From Deltaproteobacteria bacterium (GTDB lineage: Bacteria; Desulfobacterota_D; UBA1144; Nemesobacterales; CSP1-2): a stretch of DNA of 64,000 nucleotides. The notes under the pieces were generated by a model. It was given only the letters and a program-made list of their open reading frames with translations. It did no database searches and was not told where the DNA came from. The stretch is taken from positions 192,001 through 256,000 of the forward strand of contig JBQTHB010000002.1 in NCBI GenBank assembly GCA_052390235.1, read 5' to 3'. Position numbers and translations under genes: made by a program. Positions 10,094 to 20,180 of the stretch are shown piece after piece. Numbering within the stretch: position 1 is the stretch's first letter; each line of letters starts with the position of its first letter.

Positions 10094-11908
10094 ATGACGA
10101 TAAACGCCATGCCGCTTGTAGTCGGCGCGCTATGCGTAATGGTTATTTTCTACAGGTTTTATCATGGATTTATCGCCGCAAAAGTAGCCGCTCTCGACGA
10201 CTCGAGAAAAACCCCCGCTCACACGCACTATGACGGGCAAAACTACTATCCCACGAATAAGTGGGTGCTGTTTGGGCATCATTTCGCCGCCATCACCGGC
10301 GCGGGCCCCCTCATAGGCCCGGTGCTTGCGGCGCAGTTCGGGGTGCTTCCGGGGTATCTGTGGATTCTCATAGGGGTCGTCTTAGCCGGAGCGGTTCACG
10401 ATTTTATAATATTCGTCGCCTCCGTCAGGCACGGGGGGAAATCCCTTGCTGAAATTGCGAGAACCCAAATTAGCCCCCTTTCAGGCATCGTGGCTTCAAT
10501 TGCGATACTATTTATATTGGTTGCCGCCCTTGCCGGGCTTGGGCTTGCCGTGGTCAACGCCCTTGCTGAAAGCTCTTGGGGAGTGTTCACAATAGGATGC
10601 ACTATACCCATCGCGCTGTTTATGGGCTTTTATATGTACCGCTTCAGAAGAGGACGCATCGCCGAGGGAACTATAATAGGGGTGATACTGCTCATATTCG
10701 CCGTCTATTTCGGCAAAGATGTAGCGGCGTCATCCTTTGCCCCGTATTTCACGCTTCCCAAGGCGAAAATCACGCTCTTCATCCTCATATACGGCTTTGT
10801 GGCGTCCATTCTGCCCGTGTGGATGCTCCTTTGCCCGCGGGATTACCTAAGCGCGTTCATGAAAATAGGCACCATCTCGTTTCTCGCCGTAGGGATTGTC
10901 ATCGTACAGCCGGAGCTAAAAATGCCGCTCCTGACGGAGTTCATTCACGGAGGGGGGCCCATAATTCCGGGGTCGCTTTTTCCGTTCACATTTATAACGA
11001 TTGCCTGCGGGGCTATCTCAGGCTTTCACGCCCTCGTGGCTTCGGGAACGTCGCCTAAAATGGTCTCGAAAGAGTCCGACATCCGCTCCATCGGCTTTAC
11101 AGCCATGCTGATTGAGGGCTTCATCGCCATACTCGCCCTCATTGCGGCCTCGGCGCTTGCTCCGGGGGATTATTTCGCTATAAACGTCCCCCCATCGGTG
11201 TTTGAAACCCTTGGACTCGCCACGGTGAATCTCGCGGAGCTTTCGGCTCAGGTCGGAGAGGATTTGGCAGGGCGCACGGGAGGGGCGGTGTCGCTCGCCG
11301 TGGGGATGGCGCAGATTTTCACCTCGATTCCGGGGATGAGCCACCTTATGGACTACTGGTATCACTTCGCCATAATGTTCGAGGCCCTCTTCATACTGAC
11401 CACAATTGACACGGGAACGCGCGTAGCGAGGTTTATGATTCAGGAATTTGGCGGGAAACTCTATAAACCGTTCGAGAGGGTTGACCACCTGCCCTCAGCC
11501 ATTATTGCGACGTCCATCATCACCTGCGGCTGGGGATATTTCGTATTTACGGGGAGTATCAGCTCGATTTGGCCCATGTTCGGCACGGCTAATCAGCTTC
11601 TCGCGGGGATTGCGCTTTGCGTCGGCACTACTTTTATCATCAACATGGGTAAAGCCCGCTACGCTTGGGTTACGCTCGCGCCGATGGTGTTCGTAATGAC
11701 GACGACGCTCACCGCCGCTTGGTTGAATATTGTCAACAATTTCCTGCCGATGACGAAAAAAGAGGGGTTTGCCGTTCAGGGCTACGTCAACACGGCGCTT
11801 ACGGGGATAATTATGATTTGCGCGCTGATAATTCTCGTTGACTCGGCGAGGGCTTGGCGCAGGGTTCTGTTAGGCGGCGCGGCAACTGCAAAGCGGGAGG
11901 AGGCGTGA
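10094..11908 (+). CDS. cstA: Carbon starvation protein A family transporter
   Basis: [53 protein letters not shown]; many TM helices. Confidence 0.95.
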   Translation: MTINAMPLVVGALCVMVIFYRFYHGFIAAKVAALDDSRKTPAHTHYDGQNYYPTNKWVLFGHHFAAITGAGPLIGPVLAAQFGVLPGYLWILIGVVLAGAVHDFIIFVASVRHGGKSLAEIARTQISPLSGIVASIAILFILVAALAGLGLAVVNALAESSWGVFTIGCTIPIALFMGFYMYRFRRGRIAEGTIIGVILLIFAVYFGKDVAASSFAPYFTLPKAKITLFILIYGFVASILPVWMLLCPRDYLSAFMKIGTISFLAVGIVIVQPELKMPLLTEFIHGGGPIIPGSLFPFTFITIACGAISGFHALVASGTSPKMVSKESDIRSIGFTAMLIEGFIAILALIAASALAPGDYFAINVPPSVFETLGLATVNLAELSAQVGEDLAGRTGGAVSLAVGMAQIFTSIPGMSHLMDYWYHFAIMFEALFILTTIDTGTRVARFMIQEFGGKLYKPFERVDHLPSAIIATSIITCGWGYFVFTGSISSIWPMFGTANQLLAGIALCVGTTFIINMGKARYAWVTLAPMVFVMTTTLTAAWLNIVNNFLPMTKKEGFAVQGYVNTALTGIIMICALIILVDSARAWRRVLLGGAATAKREEA

Positions 11909-11909
11909 G

Positions 11910-12305
11910 ATTAGAAAATCCACGGTAATTATCGTTCGGGAGGGCGACGGCGCGGGCGGGTGCGTTTGTTGCTCCGGCGGGATGGGGGAATTCGGCAAAA
12001 ATGAGAGTTCCTACGCACAGGTCAGAGATATTGCCGAGCGGTGCGCCGCAATTCACCGAGCTATAACCGAGCGGTTCGGCGACGCTGTGGAGATAATCCA
12101 AATCGAGCCGAGGGCGTACCTCTACATTCTGCCGAAAGTGCTATTTGAGATTCTCAGATTTAACCGCTCGCTTAGCGCCGTCGTCAAAGCCGCCTTTCTG
12201 TGGTATCCGATTCCCATCGTGATTGTCAACGGCAGGCTCGTCGGGGCGGGACGCCTTCCTACGGCGGATGATGTAATAAGAGAGTTGTGCGGCGGCGGCA
12301 ACTGA
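11910..12305 (+). CDS. Small hypothetical protein downstream of cstA, possibly thioredoxin-like with a CVCC motif; start ATT 11910 (or ATG 11982)
   Basis: Frame is open upstream of ATG 11982 and reads IRKSTVIIVREGDGAGGCVCCSGG; GGAGG 6 nt before ATT; C-terminal P(I)VIVNGRLV..GRLP. Confidence 0.6.
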   Translation: MRKSTVIIVREGDGAGGCVCCSGGMGEFGKNESSYAQVRDIAERCAAIHRAITERFGDAVEIIQIEPRAYLYILPKVLFEILRFNRSLSAVVKAAFLWYPIPIVIVNGRLVGAGRLPTADDVIRELCGGGN

Positions 12306-12443
12306 AAAATCGGCGGAACATAGCCAGCGTATTCATAATCTAATGAGTGGACTCGTCTCGTAGGAAATATCAGATTCACTCGGGACTATGAGCCGTAAAA
12401 AATGCCGCAGGGAAATTTAATTGAAAAGGGGGAGAATGTGAAA

Positions 12444-14063
12444 ATGAAAAGATTTGTTCTGATTCCGACTCTTGCGCTAGCGCTACTCACGGTTTATGTG
12501 CCGGAGGCGTACCCGGCTGATTCCTCATCAATAAACCTGATTGGAGACGCCGCAAAGAGATTCGACATTCCCTCCGACGTTAAAATCGCGCAGAGTTTTT
12601 ATCTCGATAAGTACGGCATCACTTACGAGCGCTACGGGCAGTACTTCGGCGCAGCCGAGGTTTTGGGGGGAGATATCACCGTGATTCGGGACGGCAATGG
12701 CAGCGTCGCATCCGTCTTCGGCTCTCATTTTAGAAACCTCGTCCCTCGCAGCAAATCCCGAATCGCCGAGGCAATAGCCCGCCGTTTTGCCGAGCAGGAC
12801 GCTCCCGATGCCCAGTCGCGTTTCGTGGATTTATTGATTGACCCCAAATCGGGGAGATTTCTGTTCCGCGTGGAGAGCCGAGGGTTCGCAACACGCTGGT
12901 TTCATCTGGTAGACGCCGAAAACGGGCGGCTCGTAAACCGCTGGGACGCGCTGCAGACCGCGCAGGGGACGGGCGTAAAGGGCGACATTAAAGATTTAGA
13001 CGGGGATAACTCCGACCCGGCTGACGACTTGACGATATTCCACGGCGAGCCGGGACACGGAGCCGCCGCCCCGCACTGGGATATTTTCTCCTCCGACGGC
13101 AGGCAGTTAACATTTGATGCCAGAAACGGCAGAACACAGCTTTATTTCGCAACCGACGCCGATAATCTGTGGAATCTCACAGCCGCCGATAGAAAATCTC
13201 CCGGGCATCCGGCGCTTATTGACGCCCACTACTATGCAAAAATTACGGATAACTACTTCCTCTCCCGCCACGGTCTCGACTGGATAGCCCACTGCGGATA
13301 CGCCGCCATGCAGTCCGCAGTCCACTACCGCTCTGGCTACAATAACGCCTTCTGGGATGGCGCATTTCTCGTCTATGGAGACGGCAATGGCATTGCATAT
13401 AGAGAGTTCAGCGGCGGCATTGATATAGTCGCTCATGAAGCGGCGCACGCTATAACCCAATGCACATCAAGGCTGATTTATCAAAATGAGTCCGGCGCGC
13501 TCAACGAGTCGTTCTCGGACATAATGGGGACAAACGTTGAATTCTTCGCCAATGAATCCCTCTCAAGCAACTGCGTGAGGGCTCCCGGGCAGACTGACTG
13601 CGCCGATTGGTGGATAGGCGAGGACATCGCTCTCAAAGCCGACGCAAAGCCCGGACACCGCAATATGCAAGACCCTGCCGAAGATGCGAGTCCCAGCCAC
13701 TGGAGCGAATATAAAATCATCACCTCGGACAACGGAGGGATTCATAAAAATAGCGGTATCCCGAATCACGTCTATTATCTCCTCGTAAACGGCGGCAGAA
13801 ACGCCGGATGCGCTCGGAAACGCGCCCACTGCGCAGGGGACGGCGCGATAACCGTAACCGGCATCGGCATCGGGGACGCAGAGAGGATCTTTTTCCTAGG
13901 CTTTGCCCTACTGCCGAGCAACGCCACATTCTGCAATGCGCGGGCGGCAACCGAGAACGCCGCTGACCTGCTCTTCGGGGCGGCTTCCCAGCAGCGCGCC
14001 TCAACAACGGCGGCTTGGGTAGCTTCGGGGCTTACAAATACGGTCTGCGGAGTCTCGCCCTAG
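12444..14063 (+). CDS. Secreted M4 (thermolysin-family) zinc metallopeptidase with signal and propeptide
   Basis: Signal peptide, NNAFWDG, HEAAH, GALNESFSD, DNGGIHKNSGIPN. Confidence 0.93.
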   Translation: MKRFVLIPTLALALLTVYVPEAYPADSSSINLIGDAAKRFDIPSDVKIAQSFYLDKYGITYERYGQYFGAAEVLGGDITVIRDGNGSVASVFGSHFRNLVPRSKSRIAEAIARRFAEQDAPDAQSRFVDLLIDPKSGRFLFRVESRGFATRWFHLVDAENGRLVNRWDALQTAQGTGVKGDIKDLDGDNSDPADDLTIFHGEPGHGAAAPHWDIFSSDGRQLTFDARNGRTQLYFATDADNLWNLTAADRKSPGHPALIDAHYYAKITDNYFLSRHGLDWIAHCGYAAMQSAVHYRSGYNNAFWDGAFLVYGDGNGIAYREFSGGIDIVAHEAAHAITQCTSRLIYQNESGALNESFSDIMGTNVEFFANESLSSNCVRAPGQTDCADWWIGEDIALKADAKPGHRNMQDPAEDASPSHWSEYKIITSDNGGIHKNSGIPNHVYYLLVNGGRNAGCARKRAHCAGDGAITVTGIGIGDAERIFFLGFALLPSNATFCNARAATENAADLLFGAASQQRASTTAAWVASGLTNTVCGVSP

Positions 14064-14090
14064 GGCGACTGCGCCGAGGAGGGGGAATTT

Positions 14091-14699
14091 CTAAAGCTCA
14101 AGCGCTGAAAAGCTCCCTCTGCCCTTAATTCTCCGGGCCCAACTGGCTAAATCCGCAAGCTCAGCCGGAATCCCAATCCCAATCGCATCGAAAACCGCGA
14201 CCTTCGGGGTGAAGGCGGCGTCCGCAAGGCTGTAGTCTCCGGCGAGGTAGTCTCTGCCTTCGAGTTCCCGGTTTAATTTGATGAGATAATCCGAGAGTTC
14301 ACGCCTGCTTTTTTGAATGAGCGCCGCATCGCGCCTGTCCGCCTCGATGAACGTCTCCTGCCAATAGACGTTAAACCACGCCTGATTAAACTGCCCCTCG
14401 CAGAAATCTATGAGTATTCTAACCCTAGCCCTGTCGGCGGCGGCGCTTGGCATAAGCGGGGGCGAGGGGTATTTATCCTCCAAATACTCGTTGATGATTG
14501 AGGATTCGTAAATTATCTGCCCATCGTCTATGATGGCAGGCACTTTCCCAAGCGGATTTATCTTCAGGAATTCCTCCCGCTTCTGCTCTCCGCGCGTTAT
14601 GTCAACGATAACTCTATCATAGCGCAGTCCCTTCTCGGCGAGGGCGACTCTCACCTTTCTGCAGTAGGGACACCGCGGGTAGTCGTACATTTTTAGCAT
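14091..14699 (-). CDS. Glutathione S-transferase family protein
   Basis: CPYCRKVR, NPLGKVP, ESSIINEYLE, SLADAA; AAGGAGG SD supports start 14699. Confidence 0.92.
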   Translation of the reverse strand: MLKMYDYPRCPYCRKVRVALAEKGLRYDRVIVDITRGEQKREEFLKINPLGKVPAIIDDGQIIYESSIINEYLEDKYPSPPLMPSAAADRARVRILIDFCEGQFNQAWFNVYWQETFIEADRRDAALIQKSRRELSDYLIKLNRELEGRDYLAGDYSLADAAFTPKVAVFDAIGIGIPAELADLASWARRIKGRGSFSALEL

Positions 14700-14798
14700 T
14701 TCCCTTGTCCTCCTTGGAGTGTATGTTACCGGCTTGATTCCGCCAATATATAATTTAGACTCTCTCAAAATTAAAAAGATGGAGAACTGCGAAAATTA

Positions 14799-15749
14799 AT
14801 GTCATCTCTTGAGAAAATTCTAAAACGCTCGACTAAAGCCCTTCTAATAGGCATCGGCGGCGGCGGGGATATTGTAGGCACGATTCCAACGGCGGGGCTC
14901 TTGGGGATGTTCGGGATTCCGTCAATTCTCGGAGGTCTGCCGTGGGAGAGGTCTGTGCATGACCCTGTGCCGGGACCGAGGACGTTTTCGGAGATTTTAA
15001 ATGTGCGCGCCCTCAACGATACGGTTTGGCTCGCTCATCGGGACACTATGACCCGAACCGGCGTGAGGTTCGCTGAGAGCGTGATGGCGGAGATTTACGA
15101 GACCGAGACCGTGTTAGTGGATATTACAAGAGGCGTGCCAGGCGTGGTGAAGGGGCTAAGGGAGGCTATGAGAGAGTTTGAGGCAGACCTGCTCATTGGG
15201 GTTGACGTCGGAGGGGACGCCATAGCGTTCGGTCATGAGAAGGGACTCACAAGCCCGCTTGCCGATGCGGTGATGACGGCGGCGCTCGCCGAATTAGAGG
15301 GAGAGATGGCGGCGGTTCTCGGTGTTTTCGGCTGGGGGAGCGACGGAGAGCTTACCCCTGAGGAGCTGGATTTATCGCTCGGAGTCGTCTCCAAAGGCGG
15401 AGGGATGCTCGGCGCGTGGGGGATAACCCCGGACACTCTGGCGCAGATGCAGGGCGTCGTCCGCAAAGTGCCGACCGAGGCGAGCCGGATTCCCGTTGAA
15501 GCGGCGGGCGGGGCGAGGGGAGAGACATCTATAAGGAGCGGCACGAGAACGGTTGCGCTCTCGACAACCTCAACTCTCACGTTTTATATGTCGCCAAGGG
15601 TTGTCGTCGAGAAAGTGTCGGCTCCGGCAAGGGCGATTCTCGCAAGCGCCTCGCTTGAAGAGGCTAACGACGCCCTCCACGCCCTCGGTATCACCACCGA
15701 GCTTGATTTGGAGCGAGAGAAGATGCGCAGGCTCAATCCATCCAAGTAG
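14799..15749 (+). CDS. Conserved protein, DUF1152-like
   Basis: GIGGGGD, VDVGGD, SPLADA, G.DGEL, TEAS motifs as recalled for this family. Confidence 0.7.
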   Translation: MSSLEKILKRSTKALLIGIGGGGDIVGTIPTAGLLGMFGIPSILGGLPWERSVHDPVPGPRTFSEILNVRALNDTVWLAHRDTMTRTGVRFAESVMAEIYETETVLVDITRGVPGVVKGLREAMREFEADLLIGVDVGGDAIAFGHEKGLTSPLADAVMTAALAELEGEMAAVLGVFGWGSDGELTPEELDLSLGVVSKGGGMLGAWGITPDTLAQMQGVVRKVPTEASRIPVEAAGGARGETSIRSGTRTVALSTTSTLTFYMSPRVVVEKVSAPARAILASASLEEANDALHALGITTELDLEREKMRRLNPSK

Positions 15750-15810
15750 CCGCAGGATGATAACTTTAAACCTGCTAAAACTAGAGGCAAAGTCCGGGAG
15801 TTTTCGTCTT

Positions 15811-17004
15811 TTATCTCTGTTCAATAAATTCCTTAGCCCTCCTAAATGCCCGAATTGCCTCATCAATTTGCTCCTCCGTGTGGGTTGCCATTATCGTCGC
15901 CCTGATTCGGCATTTCCCCGGAGGCACTGACGGCGGGCGCACGGCTGGGGTGTAGATTCCACTCTCCCTCAGGGATTTGGCAAATCCCAGAGCAGTATCA
16001 GCCTCCCCGATGAGAACTGGAATCACAGCTGAGTCAGAGGGCAATACGCAAAGCCCCGCGTCGGCAAGCCCGGATTTAAATCTACCGATAAGCCGCCAAA
16101 GCCGCTCCCTTCGCTCCGGCTCGCCCTCGATAATCTCAATTGCCGCCAGTGCCGCCGCCAAAGCCGATGCCGGGAGAGAGGTATCAAAAATGTAGCTCCT
16201 CGCGCGGTTTCTGAGAAAATCAATTAACTTGCGGCTTCCTGCGATGTACCCTCCGAGCGAGCCTATAGCTTTAGAGAGCGTTCCCATCACCACCGGCACT
16301 CTCGCCTCAACGCCGAAGCGCTCCGTAGCTCCGCTTCCCCGCTCGCCCAAAACCCCCGTTGCATGGGCTTCGTCTATCATGAGCATCGCCCCTGCGCCCT
16401 CGGCAATCCCAACGAGCTCTGGCAGGGGAGCGACGTCGCCGTCCATGCTGAAGACCGTGTCGGTTACAATCAGCTTTTTGCGCCGAGACGAGCTGGGGCT
16501 ATCTGAATCGAGCAGGGTTTTGAGATGCTCCGCGTCTAGGTGGCGATAGATTTTTACCTCGGCCTGGGCGAGGCGGCATCCGTCAATGATTGATGCGTGG
16601 TTTAGCTCGTCGCTATAGACGGTGTCCCCTCTGCCTACGAGGGCGGAAATTGCCCCGATATTGGCCAGATACCCTGAGCTGAAGAGTATCGCCGCCTCGG
16701 TTTTTTTGAACCTTGCGATTCGCTCCTCAAGCGCGCCGTGGAGGTCTGAGCTTCCGCTCACGAGCCTTGAGCCGCCTGAGCCTGCGCCGTATTTGCGAAG
16801 CGCGTCTTCCGCTGCCGCCTTGACCGCCGCATCGGTTGATAGACCAAGGTAGTTATTCGAGCCGAGGAGGATGTGCCGCCTGCCCCCGATGAGGATTTCC
16901 GGCGACTGCCCGCTCTCAATCTCGGTCAGCGCGCGAAAGAGATTCTTACGGCGGATTTCATCTAGTTCTTCATCGAGCCATTCAAGTGGGGGGCGCATAG
17001 GCAT
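15811..17004 (-). CDS. bioF: 8-amino-7-oxononanoate synthase
   Basis: SNNYLGL, GSRLVSG, NHASIIDG, VFSMDGD, DEAHATG, GTLSKAIG, RPPSVP. Confidence 0.9.
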   Translation of the reverse strand: MPMRPPLEWLDEELDEIRRKNLFRALTEIESGQSPEILIGGRRHILLGSNNYLGLSTDAAVKAAAEDALRKYGAGSGGSRLVSGSSDLHGALEERIARFKKTEAAILFSSGYLANIGAISALVGRGDTVYSDELNHASIIDGCRLAQAEVKIYRHLDAEHLKTLLDSDSPSSSRRKKLIVTDTVFSMDGDVAPLPELVGIAEGAGAMLMIDEAHATGVLGERGSGATERFGVEARVPVVMGTLSKAIGSLGGYIAGSRKLIDFLRNRARSYIFDTSLPASALAAALAAIEIIEGEPERRERLWRLIGRFKSGLADAGLCVLPSDSAVIPVLIGEADTALGFAKSLRESGIYTPAVRPPSVPPGKCRIRATIMATHTEEQIDEAIRAFRRAKEFIEQR

Positions 17005-17103
17005 CTCAGTTTATGATTTCTGCATATTTTAACTTATAAAATCCCGATAGCCCGCACTGACATCGAATTTGCTGGTTGGCGAGCTGGGCGCGTCGAGTGT
17101 CTC

Positions 17104-17133
17104 TTGACACGATCCCATACATCGTTATAAGAT
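17104..17133 (+). promoter_or_regulatory. Putative sigma70 promoter of the 704-aa cytochrome gene
   Basis: TTGACA at 17104 followed by TATAAG/TAAGAT at 16-18 nt spacing. Confidence 0.45.
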
Positions 17134-17168
17134 GAGCCTCGAAGTAGTCTCGTGGCGGGGGTTCGTTT

Positions 17169-19283
17169 ATGACTAATAGAGTCGGGCTTGCCAAATTAAT
17201 CTTAATTCTGATCATAGGAGTTTCATCCACCTTCTCGTCATCTTGCAATAAAACCGAAGTTGCCCAGGTGTCCCCCTCGCCGTTGCCGGATGCCTCAGCG
17301 TCTCATGAATGCCGAAAAAATCCCGCCGCCGAAATTCCTCTGACCGGTGTCTCGTGCGCCCCCCTAGCCCCGCCTGAGGTCGGTTGTTACCTCCCATCTG
17401 AGGTTGAAGGGAGTCTTAGTCAGATGGATTTTAGTGTAAGACAACGCGCCGCCAATATTTTCTCGTGGCAGGAATTCATCGCTCTCATGTGGCCCTCCAA
17501 AGAAGGCGAGAGAGGGATTGCCGACCCCGCAAAAAAATTGTCCACCCCCGGCGCGCGCGTTTGGGAGACGTGGAAAGAGGAGTTCGAGATATATCTAAGG
17601 GACGGGCGCGAACCTCCCCCTTGGAACTCCCCCGAAGCGATTCCCGACTCCTGCAAATCTAAAGACGGAGTATCAAAACGCCTGTTCCGCACCCAAAAAA
17701 TTGACGATATTCTCGATTCCACTATTCAGGCGGCTGGAGCGCAAGCCTCATTACCTGCGACTCTCACAGATGAAAAAGGGGGCGTCGTGCGCTACGAAAT
17801 CAGGCTCAATAAGGTTATGTTTGACTATATAGTCAGGAATAAGCTCTACGACGGCAGGGCGCAGAGCGGCGTTTCATCGGTTTCCTTTCCTGACGGCGCG
17901 ATTCTCGTTAAAGCGGCATGGAGAGAGGTCGGCACAGACAATGCCGCGGCGTATTACACGACTGATGCATGCCTTTGTGATGAGGGCGAAAACGGAGAGC
18001 CGCAGCGCTGCAAGACTGCTAAAATGGGGCTTGTCGGATTTCATATCACTCAAAAAACCCCGAGCGCTCCTCAGTGGGTCTGGTCAACCTTCGAGCAGGT
18101 AAATAATGCCCCCGACCTGGGCGTCGTTGAAAGCGCGGCATTTTATAATCCCCTCTGCGAAGACTGTCCGGTGAATCGCCAAACCAAGCCAGGAGTCCCG
18201 AATCAGATTCAGAGGGTCGCCCCGGTTGCATCTGCGGAGCCGGACTGCTCTCAGCCCGCCGAAGCCCTTGACAATGCGCAGAAACTAAACTCAGACGTTC
18301 AAGCCGCCCTTGCAAACGCCGGTTCGGTATTAAAAAATTACGAACTCATCAACACACAGTGGCCCCTTCAGCCCACTAGCCTAAAACCCTCGACGGTGTT
18401 TATGGCGCTCCCCCCTGCTCTTGCCAATACGACAATGGAGACGTTCGTTCAGCCCACTTCGACCTGCGTGGGATGCCACTCCACCGCGCGCACGGTGAGC
18501 GCTGAGAATTTCGTATCCTCAGATTTCAGCTTCACGCTAAATAACGCTATGCCGAAGCCCAAAAACGACAAGATTATCCCAACCCCTAAGAAACCCGAGA
18601 CCCCTTCGGATAAGGCTAATTGGGAGAAAATTACCCTCGGATACGCGCTCGCAACCGAAACCTACGAGAGACTCCCCGCCAACGTGCCAACGGCAAAACT
18701 CCACTGCTCAAGCTGTCATCTGGGCGCGGGCGCCAATAGCGATGCCGCTTGGTGGGTTGATCTCTCCTACGCATATAAGACCAAGCCGGAGCTACAAGCC
18801 CGCATCAACGGCTGTTTCGAGAGGAGTATGAACGGAGTCGCACTATGCGCGCCGGCAGCGGGCAATGATAAGGGCGACTGCGACGAGAACCCGAATATGG
18901 AGGCGTTCTTAGCCTATATGAATTGGCTGGACGAGCAGTGGGATAAGAAAAATCCGAAAACGCCCGCCCCTCACGGATTCCCTCCCATTGAGACCTATCT
19001 CGGCGATCCTTGGCGTGGGAATCTGATATTTCAGCAAAAATGCGCCGTATGCCACGGGGCTGACGGCGAGGGCAGATACGAAGGCGGGGTGTATTTCCGT
19101 CCTGCGCTTTGGGGGGAGCATTCGTTCAACAAATCGGCTGGTATGTTCGCCTACGTTGACTTGCTGGCGGCGTTTATACGCTGGAATATGCCCCTAGGCG
19201 CGGGAGGACTCCTCACCGACGATGAGGCTTGGGATGTCGCCGTGTTTATTGACTCCAAGCCTCGCTCCGGAAAGGGGAATTAA
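17169..19283 (+). CDS. Exported triheme c-type cytochrome: Cys-rich monoheme N-domain fused to a TsdA (thiosulfate dehydrogenase)-like diheme C-domain
   Basis: Signal/lipobox-like N-terminus (..SSSC); CVGCH, CSSCH, CAVCH; RINGCFERSMNG, PALWG..SFN..AGM, AAFI..NMPLG typical of TsdA. Confidence 0.8.
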   Translation: MTNRVGLAKLILILIIGVSSTFSSSCNKTEVAQVSPSPLPDASASHECRKNPAAEIPLTGVSCAPLAPPEVGCYLPSEVEGSLSQMDFSVRQRAANIFSWQEFIALMWPSKEGERGIADPAKKLSTPGARVWETWKEEFEIYLRDGREPPPWNSPEAIPDSCKSKDGVSKRLFRTQKIDDILDSTIQAAGAQASLPATLTDEKGGVVRYEIRLNKVMFDYIVRNKLYDGRAQSGVSSVSFPDGAILVKAAWREVGTDNAAAYYTTDACLCDEGENGEPQRCKTAKMGLVGFHITQKTPSAPQWVWSTFEQVNNAPDLGVVESAAFYNPLCEDCPVNRQTKPGVPNQIQRVAPVASAEPDCSQPAEALDNAQKLNSDVQAALANAGSVLKNYELINTQWPLQPTSLKPSTVFMALPPALANTTMETFVQPTSTCVGCHSTARTVSAENFVSSDFSFTLNNAMPKPKNDKIIPTPKKPETPSDKANWEKITLGYALATETYERLPANVPTAKLHCSSCHLGAGANSDAAWWVDLSYAYKTKPELQARINGCFERSMNGVALCAPAAGNDKGDCDENPNMEAFLAYMNWLDEQWDKKNPKTPAPHGFPPIETYLGDPWRGNLIFQQKCAVCHGADGEGRYEGGVYFRPALWGEHSFNKSAGMFAYVDLLAAFIRWNMPLGAGGLLTDDEAWDVAVFIDSKPRSGKGN

Positions 19284-19481
19284 TTCTGAGCCGCTATTGG
19301 GGCCAGTACTCGGCTGAAAACTCGGATGCTTCGCAATTTTATTGCCCCTATTACTGACCGCACTTGCAAAATCTCGTCTGTATGGGCAGACTTTAATAGA
19401 CCCCGAATATTGCCACTTTAACCGACGGGGCGGACTTCTTAGACTGTTTTACCACTTAAATGAACGGGATTATCCCCTGAT

Positions 19482-20180
19482 ATGACCGGCAAATGGTTTC
19501 ATCTCGGCGCTAATCGCGCGGCGCAAACGCTCTCGTATATTATAGGGGGGGCGGCAGGAGTGATTCTCATATTCCTACTTCTTCTGCCGGATTTTGAGGG
19601 TTACCGCGCCCGCGGCCCCATGAACTCGGGGCATGAGGATTTTCGGTGCGAATCCTGCCATCGGGAGGCTCTGGGGACGTTCAGACAGCGCGCTCAGGCA
19701 AACGTAAAATATCTCCTCGGCATGAGGAAAACCTCCCCCGCCCTAGGGCATGAGAGGGTTGACAATGCCATCTGCCTCTCCTGCCATGAGAGACCCAACG
19801 ACAGGCATCCGGTGTTCAGGTTCTTCGAGCCTCGGTTTGCCGAAGCCAGAGAGCGTATAAACCCTCAATTTTGCGTCTCCTGCCACACCGAGCACACAGG
19901 CGCGCGCGTTACTATTGAGACCGATTACTGCCAGACCTGCCACGAAGAGACCAAATTGAAAAATGACCCTATCACAATCTCCCACGAGGATTTGATTAAA
20001 TCCAAGCGGTGGACGACCTGCCTCGGATGCCACGACTTTCATGGCAATCACGTTATGGAAATCGAGACCGATGTTTCGCGGGCGTTTCCCCCTGAGAGGA
20101 TAAGCGATTACTTCGGCGGCGGCGCATCGCCCTATCCGGCAGAGTTGTACCACAAATCGAAGGAAGAGAAACTTAGATGA
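19482..20180 (+). CDS. Membrane-anchored pentaheme c-type cytochrome
   Basis: N-terminal TM helix; CESCH, CLSCH, CVSCH, CQTCH, CLGCH. Confidence 0.88.
   Translation: MTGKWFHLGANRAAQTLSYIIGGAAGVILIFLLLLPDFEGYRARGPMNSGHEDFRCESCHREALGTFRQRAQANVKYLLGMRKTSPALGHERVDNAICLSCHERPNDRHPVFRFFEPRFAEARERINPQFCVSCHTEHTGARVTIETDYCQTCHEETKLKNDPITISHEDLIKSKRWTTCLGCHDFHGNHVMEIETDVSRAFPPERISDYFGGGASPYPAELYHKSKEEKLR

Noticed and set aside
12303..12323. Selenocysteine read-through of the TGA ending the cstA-linked ORF
   Set aside because: No redox motif around the TGA, no recognisable SECIS hairpin, and another stop follows six codons later
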